Source: Myxococcota bacterium (lineage in GTDB: Bacteria; Myxococcota_A; UBA796; GCA-2862545). From it: a DNA stretch of 26,062 bases. Under the pieces are notes generated by a model, which saw only the letters and a list, made by a program, of their open reading frames with translations, ran no database searches and was not told the origin of the DNA. The stretch lies in the NCBI GenBank assembly GCA_039208735.1, contig JBCCQY010000129.1, forward strand, positions 1 through 26,062, given 5' to 3'. Below, piece after piece: positions 9,162 to 16,699 of the stretch (position 1 is the stretch's first letter; every line of letters begins with the position of its first letter). The translations under genes were made by a program, and so were the position numbers.

Positions 9162-9700
9162 GCGCCCTCCTCCGTGAGACCGGCCTCCCGGAGCGCTCGT
9201 GCCATGCGCCGGGTGGCCTGATGATGACGTCCTAACGCGGTGTTGAGGGAGCACCCCTGGCGGTCCGCGATCTGCTTGAAGGAAAGTCCGGTCGTCGTTC
9301 GCAAGCGAAAAACCTCGGCTAACTCGGGCTTCATCACGGAAAGCTCTCGCCGCACGACCGCAAGCACTTGGTCGGCTTGAACCATCTGTCCCGGGTCGGA
9401 GGTGGCGCGAGGCTGCTCCACCGTCTCGTCGATGGGGACCACCTGCAGGGTTCGCTTTCGCTTTCGATGGTGGTCCACCACGAGTCGTCGGGCCACCGTG
9501 TAGGCGTAGGCCCGAAACGACGCATCGTCCGGGAACACCGGGCTGGCTCGCGCGATGCGGAGCCACACTTCCTGGGCGAGTTCCTCGGCGTCCTGTCCCA
9601 CCCGACGCGAAAGGAACGCGACGAGCTCCGAGCGGTAGCGAGCGATCCGATCTTCGAGAAGGGGGGTTGACGTGTCCACAACGCGGATGTCCTGGTTCAT
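9158..9700 (-). CDS. ECF sigma-70 family RNA polymerase sigma factor
   Basis: Region 2 DAEELAQEVWLR..FRAYAYTVARRLVVDHHR; region 4 EVFRLR..GLSFKQIADRQGCSLNTALGR. Confidence 0.93.
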   Translation of the reverse strand: MNQDIRVVDTSTPLLEDRIARYRSELVAFLSRRVGQDAEELAQEVWLRIARASPVFPDDASFRAYAYTVARRLVVDHHRKRKRTLQVVPIDETVEQPRATSDPGQMVQADQVLAVVRRELSVMKPELAEVFRLRTTTGLSFKQIADRQGCSLNTALGRHHQATRRMARALREAGLTEEGA

Positions 9701-9703
9701 GAT

Positions 9704-9735
9704 CCCGTGAACGCCACGGGGTGGTGATTATTGTG
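9704..9735 (-). promoter_or_regulatory. Candidate ECF-type autoregulatory promoter overlapping a 6-bp inverted repeat
   Basis: Minus strand CACAAT-N16-CGTT ending 9 nt before the sigma ATG; inverted repeat CCCGTG (9704-9709)/CACGGG (9715-9720). Confidence 0.3.
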
Positions 9736-9763
9736 AACTACACGTTTCATCGTTGATCACGAG

Positions 9764-11455
9764 GTGGCCTTGCTAGCGATTCTGTGCTTGTCCTCCGCTC
9801 TCGCTGCGGAGGGCTCGGCGTCTGTGGCCCCCGTCGACGTCGCCCAGGCTCAGCTCGAACGGGCCATGACGACGCTGCGGGATCAACCGTCTCCCCCTCA
9901 CTATGCCGCTATCGCCATCGAGGACCGGGAGGCCTTCCGCCTCCGAGCACGAGACGGGGTGGTGGAAACGCCCCAGCAAACCCGGTCGCGTTTCTTGGAC
10001 GTCGAAGTGCGAACGGGGAGCCCCGAACTCGACTCCACGCACGCCCTTCGGGGGTTCTCGTCGCTCGATGGCTCCGACCGCGAAGTCCTGCGCATTCCGC
10101 TCAACGATGGCTTCGCCCTTGAGCATGCGATCTGGCGCGAGATCGACCGACGCTACCGCGAGGCTCGCGAACGCATTGTGATGGTGCGGGCCAACCTCAA
10201 CGTCAAAGCCGACGAAGAGCGTCCTGCAGATGACTTTGAACCGCGAAAAGGGCTCGTCGACGAGATCGAGGTCCCGCAACTCAACCTCGACGAAGCGATG
10301 TGGCATCAGCGCCTCGACGACATCGCAGCAATGCTGCATGCCGATTCCAACGTGCATCGAAGCACCGTTCAGCTCGACGCTACGCGTCGGGTGACCTCGC
10401 TCGTCGACACGGAGCGCGCGCGGCTCGTGCACGGCCGTCGCCACCTCCGGTTGTCCATCGCGGTCGGTACCCGCGCCGATGACGGCGATGACATCGGGGT
10501 GTACCGGGCCGTCGACGTCCACGACCCCGACGACCTGCCCGACGCGAAGGCGGTCTTGGCCATGGCCGAGGATGCGCTGGGCGAACTCGCGGTGCGCCGC
10601 TCGGCACCTCGGGCCGAGCCGTACTCGGGCCCCGTGCTGTTGTCAGGCCGCGCGGCCGCGGTGTTCATTCACGAAGTGCTCGGCCATCGCGTCGAAGGCC
10701 ATCGTCAGAAGAGCGATGACGAGGGACGCACCTTCGCTGAGCACGTGGGTCGGCGGGTCCTGCCAAACTTCATCGACATTTACGACGACCCTACGATCGA
10801 AGACTGGGAGGGTACGCCGCTCAACGGGTTCTACGTCTACGATGACGAAGGGGTCAAAGCACAACGCGCCGAGATCGTAGATGATGGCGTGTTCGTCGGG
10901 TTCCTGATGAGCCGGTCACCCATTCCCAACTTCGACCACAGCAACGGCCATGGTCGTCGGTCGTCAGGCCGGGCGCCTACCGCTCGCATGGGCAACACCA
11001 TTCTCGAGGCGCGCCGGTCGATTTCGGATGCGGCACTCCGGCGTCGCCTCATCGAGTTCGTGCGCCGCCAGGGTCTCGAATATGGCTACATCGTCGATGA
11101 GATCGACGGGGGCTTCACACTGACCGGCCGCGTCATGCCGAATGCCTTCAATGTTCGAGCCTCGCGCACTCGCCGGGTCTTCGCGGACGGTCGCCCCGAC
11201 GAGGTAGTGCGGGGCATTGACCTTGTCGGAACCCCATTCGTGGCGTTTTCCAACCTGGCCGCCGCCGGGCGCACGACCGAGGTGTTCAACGGAACGTGCG
11301 GCGCGGAAAGCGGGTGGGTGCCCGTCAGCGCGGTGGCCCCCAGCCTTCTGTTCGAGCGGCTCGAATTCCAGCTCAAGGAGAAAGGCCAAGAACGGCCGCC
11401 GCTGCTCAGCAAGCCCAACGTCGATGACGGCGCGGCCATGATGGAGGCCCCGTGA
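9764..11455 (+). CDS. TldD-like metallopeptidase (TldD/PmbA family) with signal peptide
   Basis: HEVLGHRVEG zinc motif, YDDP, YDDEGV, SNGHGR, ARMGN, GTCGAESG.VPV; N-terminal LLAILCLSSALA. Confidence 0.92.
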   Translation: MALLAILCLSSALAAEGSASVAPVDVAQAQLERAMTTLRDQPSPPHYAAIAIEDREAFRLRARDGVVETPQQTRSRFLDVEVRTGSPELDSTHALRGFSSLDGSDREVLRIPLNDGFALEHAIWREIDRRYREARERIVMVRANLNVKADEERPADDFEPRKGLVDEIEVPQLNLDEAMWHQRLDDIAAMLHADSNVHRSTVQLDATRRVTSLVDTERARLVHGRRHLRLSIAVGTRADDGDDIGVYRAVDVHDPDDLPDAKAVLAMAEDALGELAVRRSAPRAEPYSGPVLLSGRAAAVFIHEVLGHRVEGHRQKSDDEGRTFAEHVGRRVLPNFIDIYDDPTIEDWEGTPLNGFYVYDDEGVKAQRAEIVDDGVFVGFLMSRSPIPNFDHSNGHGRRSSGRAPTARMGNTILEARRSISDAALRRRLIEFVRRQGLEYGYIVDEIDGGFTLTGRVMPNAFNVRASRTRRVFADGRPDEVVRGIDLVGTPFVAFSNLAAAGRTTEVFNGTCGAESGWVPVSAVAPSLLFERLEFQLKEKGQERPPLLSKPNVDDGAAMMEAP

Positions 11456-13188
11456 TTCCCTTGATCTGGCTTGCGGCAGCCCCCGCGGCCGAAGACCCAA
11501 GCGATGTACTGCAGGCCGAGATGACGCGGAGTCTGGAAGGGCTTGCCCTGCCCAACGCGCCCGAGCTGTACTACCTGCGGTATCGGCTGTACGACATCGA
11601 CACCGTTCAGGCGCATGCTTCACTTGGAACCGTGGTGCAGTACGCCATCGAGCCGAGTGTTTCGCTCGGCGTTGAAGTGCGGGTGGGCAACGCCACCTTC
11701 GACAACATGAACTTCAGTGGCTGGCAGAACGGGCTCGCCCGAACCGGCCTGCCCGACACCTACACCCCCAGTTCGCTGCAGACCGCAGCCTGGCGCCTCA
11801 CCGACCGCGCCTACAAGGAAGCGGTCGAACAGTACGCGCGCAAACAAGCCCAATTCAGCCCGCCGCCCGACTACCCCGGGGACTTCCTTGTGAGCGAGCC
11901 CGTGGTTGCCGACGATGGTCCGGGCGCGTTCACGACGAATCCCATGACCCTCATCGACCTGGTGAGCGCGCTGTCGGGTTCCCTGCGCGGCGATCCAACG
12001 TTGCTCATCGGGGAGGTTCATCTTGGCCACGAGGCTGGCGCGGCCTGGCTCATCGACTCGGAAGGGTCCCGGGTGCGCACGCCGGTCGCCGAGGTGACCC
12101 TGCGAGCCATCGCAGCAGCCCGGGCCTCCGATGGGGGCCTGGTGACCGACCAGCTGCTGGTGACGGTCCGCGACGCCTCCGCCCTGCCCTCGCAGGACGC
12201 CCTGGAACGCCAAGTGAAGGCCCTACGCGACCGTACGGTGGCCCTTGCGAAGGCGTCGCCGCTCACGGATGAGTACGTAGGGCCCGTAGTCTTCGAAGAC
12301 CAAGCCGCTCGTGCACTGTTCCGGCACGTGCTCATTCCCCAGGTCGAAGGCACCCCCTCCGAAATCCCATTCGATAGCTTCTTCGGGGAACTCGGAGGCA
12401 TCGCAAGCAAAGCGCGGATGGGACGCCGCGTGTTGCCTCCTGGCTTCACAGTCATCGCCGACCCGACCTCTCGGCCCGATCATCCGGGATCGTTCCAGCA
12501 CGATGCGGAGGGAACGAGAACAGGTCCTGTGACCTTGGTGCGCGACGGCATCGTTCGCGATGTGCTGCGATCTCGGGTGCCCGCCAAAGACCAGGCCCCC
12601 AGCAACGGTCACGCTCGTGGCAGCGTCGGCAGCCGTCTGGAGGGCCGCGTGGCGGGACTCCGCGTCGAGCCTCCACGCAATCGCAGCCGAAAGTCGCTGC
12701 TCCGGAAAGCGCTGAAGATCGCCAGGTCGTACGGCCACGATCACGTCATGGTGGTGCGTCGCATCCAGGTCCCAGGCGTCATGCGCCGGGCGGGTGGACC
12801 GTGGTTCGACAGCGAGGGAGCAAGTTCACTACCCCCGCCCGTCGGGGTGTTCCGCGTGCACGCGGACGGACGCGAAGAGCCTCTTCGAGGCGTCGCCTTT
12901 GCGTCGCTCCAGCGGTGGGCGCTGCGCGATATCGTGGATTCAGGGGCCGTCTCGGAAGGAAGTTTTCTCGCACCTTTTGCGGGTAGCGTATCTGGATTGG
13001 GACCGACAGAGGGCCTGGCGAGCTGGATTGCTGCGCCCGACGTGCTAATCGGCGAGGTCGAATTGGTTCCGCAGAGTGCGGACCCGCGCGACGTCCCCTT
13101 GCTCCCTCCCCCTCCTGCGGATGAACCCTCCTTTCATGGCCCGCAAGAAGCGACCCAAATCACGCCCCGCCGTGGGGCGTCTCGGTAA
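11452..13188 (+). CDS. TldE/PmbA-like non-catalytic partner subunit with signal-like N-terminus
   Basis: GTGA overlap with the TldD-like gene; VEVRVG, YVGPVVFE, ADP, DAEG and SNGHARG present; HExxxH absent (LFRHVLIP). Confidence 0.85.
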   Translation: MIPLIWLAAAPAAEDPSDVLQAEMTRSLEGLALPNAPELYYLRYRLYDIDTVQAHASLGTVVQYAIEPSVSLGVEVRVGNATFDNMNFSGWQNGLARTGLPDTYTPSSLQTAAWRLTDRAYKEAVEQYARKQAQFSPPPDYPGDFLVSEPVVADDGPGAFTTNPMTLIDLVSALSGSLRGDPTLLIGEVHLGHEAGAAWLIDSEGSRVRTPVAEVTLRAIAAARASDGGLVTDQLLVTVRDASALPSQDALERQVKALRDRTVALAKASPLTDEYVGPVVFEDQAARALFRHVLIPQVEGTPSEIPFDSFFGELGGIASKARMGRRVLPPGFTVIADPTSRPDHPGSFQHDAEGTRTGPVTLVRDGIVRDVLRSRVPAKDQAPSNGHARGSVGSRLEGRVAGLRVEPPRNRSRKSLLRKALKIARSYGHDHVMVVRRIQVPGVMRRAGGPWFDSEGASSLPPPVGVFRVHADGREEPLRGVAFASLQRWALRDIVDSGAVSEGSFLAPFAGSVSGLGPTEGLASWIAAPDVLIGEVELVPQSADPRDVPLLPPPPADEPSFHGPQEATQITPRRGASR

Positions 13189-13531
13189 AGCTCTGACTCG
13201 GCGCTCGCGGGGTCGGTGCGAGCTGTGCAGCCGAAACGACCAGGTCGAGCCCTACGAGCTGCTTCCCTGGTCTTCCGAGCCCGACCTTGATCGCACCTTG
13301 ATGACGTGCGTCCGATGTCGCACCTGGCTGCACCACGAACGCACCAACCCCATCGAGGCCCACTTCCTTGGCGAGGCCATTTGGTCTGAGCTCGATCCCG
13401 TCAAGCTCGCCGCGGCCCGGCTGTTGCTCGCCACCGACGACCTGTCTGACCCCTGGTTGCGTGACGCCCTCGACGCTGCGCGTGTCGATCCCACCACAGG
13501 AGAGTTCGAAGTCCCAGAATCGGTCGAGTAG
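13136..13531 (+). CDS. Small zinc-ribbon protein resembling the N-terminal domain of long PhnA proteins
   Basis: MARKKRPKS...LGKALTRRSRGRCELC...CVRC...HFLGEAIWSE..PV...AARLL; ATG 13136 lies 53 bp inside the upstream gene. Confidence 0.7.
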   Translation: MARKKRPKSRPAVGRLGKALTRRSRGRCELCSRNDQVEPYELLPWSSEPDLDRTLMTCVRCRTWLHHERTNPIEAHFLGEAIWSELDPVKLAAARLLLATDDLSDPWLRDALDAARVDPTTGEFEVPESVE

Positions 13532-13532
13532 A

Positions 13533-14087
13533 TCAGGGTTTTTTGAACTGGCCTTTCACATCGGCCAGCACCCGCGACGCGTCGTTGGGCCGATGCACAT
13601 ACGCCACCACGGTCGCTCGCTCATCGACCAATACGACGCTCGTGCTGTGATCGATGCCTGGGGCGGTCGTCGACACGGCGTAGGCAGTGCGCAACGACGC
13701 CATGACCGGATCGATGGCGCGTTGAGGCCCTCGGAGCGCTCGCACCCCTGGAGCCTTCGCAGCCACCAAGGCATTGAGTGCGGACGCGTCTTCGGTGGGG
13801 TCGACGTCCACGAACACCACTTGAAGTTCGGGCAGCATCGGCATCACCTCGCCCAGTACCGACAAGGTCGCACGACTCGCCTTCGAGGCTGCGGTCCCCA
13901 CCACCACCGCCGTTCGACGACCCTTCAGCTCTGCCTCGGTGAATGGCTCCCCATTCGCATCGGTCAGATCCCAACCTTGGAGCGGTGAGGCGGCCTCGAC
14001 CACGGTGACGGTGGCTTCAGCAGGTGCCTCCGGCTCCGGACGGGGACAGGCGGCGAGTCCGAAGGCGAGTACGACGAAGGCGCGCAT
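13533..14087 (-). CDS. SCO1/SenC-like thioredoxin-fold lipoprotein lacking CxxxC
   Basis: Lipobox LAAC; LTDANGEPFTEAELKGR, VVFVDVDP..D and IDHSTSVVLVD are typical SCO segments; GTAASKASRATL replaces GFTxCPxxCP. Confidence 0.8.
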   Translation of the reverse strand: MRAFVVLAFGLAACPRPEPEAPAEATVTVVEAASPLQGWDLTDANGEPFTEAELKGRRTAVVVGTAASKASRATLSVLGEVMPMLPELQVVFVDVDPTEDASALNALVAAKAPGVRALRGPQRAIDPVMASLRTAYAVSTTAPGIDHSTSVVLVDERATVVAYVHRPNDASRVLADVKGQFKKP

Positions 14088-14122
14088 CCTGGTTCAACTC
14101 CACGTCCTCGGGTTTAGCCGAC

Positions 14123-14150
14123 TCAAGCCGGGGACGTTCCGCGTCGATGA
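14123..14150 (+). promoter_or_regulatory. Candidate sigma-28 (FliA/WhiG)-type promoter for cheY-MCP
   Basis: TCAAG-N15-GTCGATGA resembles TAAA(G)...GCCGATAA; directly upstream of the SD (AGGAG) and cheY. Confidence 0.35.
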
Positions 14151-14166
14151 GGCAACAGGAGTGAGC

Positions 14167-14532
14167 ATGACGAAGGTCCTGATTGTCGACGATTCCGCCA
14201 CTGTCCGACAGCAGGTCGGCGGCGCACTGCGTCAAGCTGGTTTCGAAGTCGTCGAAGCCGACAACGGCCAGAAGGGTGCCGACACCATCGAGTCGCGAAG
14301 TGACATTTCACTGGTGGTCTGCGACGTCAATATGCCCATCATGAATGGCATGCAGATGCTCGAACGCGTCAAAGGAGGCGGGAAGCACGCCGAGCTGCCC
14401 ATTCTGATGCTGACGACGGAATCCCGTCCCGAGCTGATCCAAAAGGCCAAATCGCTTGGCGCGAAGGGCTGGATCATCAAGCCCTTCAAGGCCGACCTTC
14501 TGGTCAAGGCCGTGACCCAACTGACCAGCTGA
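14167..14532 (+). CDS. cheY: Single-domain response regulator, CheY-like
   Basis: VLIVDDS, phospho-acceptor in CDVNMP, MLTTE, GWIIKPF; AGGAG SD upstream. Confidence 0.9.
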   Translation: MTKVLIVDDSATVRQQVGGALRQAGFEVVEADNGQKGADTIESRSDISLVVCDVNMPIMNGMQMLERVKGGGKHAELPILMLTTESRPELIQKAKSLGAKGWIIKPFKADLLVKAVTQLTS

Positions 14533-14543
14533 ACGGAACCGGT

Positions 14544-15599
14544 ATGCCCGTCGATGCGATGCCCGACCCCAACGAGGACCCGTGCGGACTGGTTGCCTAT
14601 TGCAAACAGCTCTGCGAGCGGATCGGTGGCCTCGAACTGGAAAAGCAGGACCTGGTCCGTCAGCTGACGCAGCTCCAGCGGGACACTGAGGCCAAATCGG
14701 CCAAGGTGATTTCCCAAACCTCCGACTGGGCAACCCAGCTCGAAGAGGGGCTCACCGCGGTGAATCGTACGTCCGAAGAGGGCGTACTTACGGCGGGCCG
14801 CTGCGTGACGCACATCGTGTCGACGGTCACCGACCAAACCTCGTTCACCCAAAAGATGGGCGACCGACTCCGCAACGACGACCAGGTGTCATCGACGGTG
14901 CGAGAGCAAAACGAAGCGATCCAGGCCTTCTCCCGCACGGTGAAGAACCGCTTGGAAGAACAGCGCGACATGGCTGAGCGCGCGCTTCACGAATCCAAGG
15001 AAGTCACGCAGGCAGGTGAGCGAATCACCGCCATTGCCAATGCCTCTCACATCCTGGCGCTCAACGCCCAGATCGAGGCCTCCCGGTCGGGCGAAATGGG
15101 CAAGTGCTTCGGCGTCATCGCTACCGAGATGAGTAGCTTGCAAAAGGACATTCACAAGGCCAACGCCGTGGTCAACGAGCTGTCCGAGTCGCTGTCGCAC
15201 ACCCTTCCGCGCTTCATCTCGCTCACGAGCGAACTCGAAGCCCTGGTCCATCAACTGTCGACGGACCTGGTGGCCCACCAAGAGCATGTTCGCAAAGCGG
15301 AGAAACGGATTCTCGGCCTGGTCATGCAGGCGGTCGATATGGGCAAGGATCGCATGGGCGAGATCCTGGAGACGAGCAACGAGGCGCTCTCTGCGCTTCA
15401 GTTCCAAGACCCTGTCATGCAGCGGCTGTGGCAATTGTCGGAAGGGGCTCGCCAGCTCTCGGATGCGACCGAACGGGTGTTGATGGGCTCCGCATCGGAA
15501 CGCGACGAACGTGCCCCCGAAGAAGCCCCGATCCCACTGGGCAACCCGCTCGAACTTGAGTTCGAAGACGCCGAGGCCGGCGAACTGATGCTCTTCTGA
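14544..15599 (+). CDS. Soluble methyl-accepting chemotaxis protein-like
   Basis: Signalling hairpin IANASHILALNAQIEASRSGEMGKCFGVIATEM; LQFQD..MQRL; acidic tail ending GELMLF; no TM segment. Confidence 0.85.
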   Translation: MPVDAMPDPNEDPCGLVAYCKQLCERIGGLELEKQDLVRQLTQLQRDTEAKSAKVISQTSDWATQLEEGLTAVNRTSEEGVLTAGRCVTHIVSTVTDQTSFTQKMGDRLRNDDQVSSTVREQNEAIQAFSRTVKNRLEEQRDMAERALHESKEVTQAGERITAIANASHILALNAQIEASRSGEMGKCFGVIATEMSSLQKDIHKANAVVNELSESLSHTLPRFISLTSELEALVHQLSTDLVAHQEHVRKAEKRILGLVMQAVDMGKDRMGEILETSNEALSALQFQDPVMQRLWQLSEGARQLSDATERVLMGSASERDERAPEEAPIPLGNPLELEFEDAEAGELMLF

Positions 15600-15602
15600 C
15601 GC

Positions 15603-16061
15603 TCAGTTCCTTCGCCGCAGCGGGCCGAAACGGTAGGTATTCTCGCCGTGGTTGTGCAGATGCCACCCCATCTGGGTCCCTTTCGCCACGTCTCGACGCA
15701 CCGACCACGTGATCCGCTCGAATCCGGCAGGTCCGGGCACAGAAAGCCATCGCTCGGCGACCACCTCTTGGCCAACCCACAGCGCGATGTGCGCTTCGGC
15801 GGGAACCTCGGCTTGCAGAACGTCCCAGTCGATCGTGGTTTCCAACCGTTCGCCCGCTTGTAGGCCGTCGAGAAGGGGTTGGCCTATCGACAACAGACCA
15901 CACAGCGCCGTGGAGGTCTCGACGAGTCCGTCTCCGACCCACCAAATCTCGCAGGGCGGCTCGAAGAGGTCCTCGACAGGGGCATCGGTCACGATGTCGA
16001 AGGCTTCGGGGTCGGTGAGGGTTGCGATCGGCTGACACGCCAGCGCGAAGAGCATCGTCAT
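15603..16061 (-). CDS. Hypothetical lipoprotein with C-terminal WHLHNHG motif
   Basis: ATG 16061 with GGAGG and ATGA overlap; MTMLFALAC lipobox-like; His-rich HLHNH; beta-rich pattern. Confidence 0.7.
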   Translation of the reverse strand: MTMLFALACQPIATLTDPEAFDIVTDAPVEDLFEPPCEIWWVGDGLVETSTALCGLLSIGQPLLDGLQAGERLETTIDWDVLQAEVPAEAHIALWVGQEVVAERWLSVPGPAGFERITWSVRRDVAKGTQMGWHLHNHGENTYRFGPLRRRN

Positions 16062-16699
16062 CGTCCCTCCCAGGCAAGACCCAGCTGAGGGACCCAAAGC
16101 GGCTGCAGGCGGGCGTCGGACTCGGCGTGCGTAAGCCCCCACAAGATTCCGAACGTGGGCACCAACGCGGCCGAGCGTCCGACCGGGTACGCCACCCCAC
16201 CGCTCATCCCGATCAAGCCCTTGGTGATCGGGGTAGCACCGTCACCCCAGGCCCGCTGCACCACCACCCGGGGCGTGAAGCGAAGTTCCGCCTGTTCGCC
16301 GGTCGACCAGCCCATCAAGACCGGCACTTGCGCCGCAAACCCGTGCATTAGCACGCCTCCGATGCCCACCCGATCGAACTCCACGCCCAAGCCCAACGCC
16401 ACCGCCCGACGATCCGTTCGGGCGAGCTGCCATTTGGCATCGGCCCCAAGATGGACGTACGACGACCCTCGCGGCGCGGGAAGACCTCCGACGCGGAGCC
16501 CCAGGTCGGTTCGGCGCCCCAACCCCACCCGTCCGCCCACCGTGGCCCGGAGCTGCGGTTGCGCCACCCGTGCATCGGCGGCCCAGCCCAGATCGAGGGT
16601 AACCGCAGGAGCCACCCTTCCCGGGGCGAGGGTGCGGGGACTGCCCAGCGTTGTGGCCGTGGCACACCCCACCAAGCCCAAGGCCCACCCCGCCCTCAC
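16058..16699 (-). CDS. Hypothetical lipoprotein with amphipathic beta-strands (outer-membrane barrel-like)
   Basis: GTG 16699 (GTGA overlap); AGWALGLVGC lipobox; alternating G/hydrophobic strands (GGRVGLG, DLGLRVG, LGADAKWQL, GLGVEF); ends QLGLAWEGR. Confidence 0.65.
   Translation of the reverse strand: MRAGWALGLVGCATATTLGSPRTLAPGRVAPAVTLDLGWAADARVAQPQLRATVGGRVGLGRRTDLGLRVGGLPAPRGSSYVHLGADAKWQLARTDRRAVALGLGVEFDRVGIGGVLMHGFAAQVPVLMGWSTGEQAELRFTPRVVVQRAWGDGATPITKGLIGMSGGVAYPVGRSAALVPTFGILWGLTHAESDARLQPLWVPQLGLAWEGR

Noticed and set aside
8739..9566. 275-aa version of the anti-sigma factor
   Set aside because: The N-terminal half overlaps the sigma gene out of frame. ATG 9161 has an SD and a coupling overlap.
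13939..14166. N-terminal extension on CheY
   Set aside because: Antisense to the SCO gene. The receiver domain starts at 14167 (or GTG 14161) after an SD.
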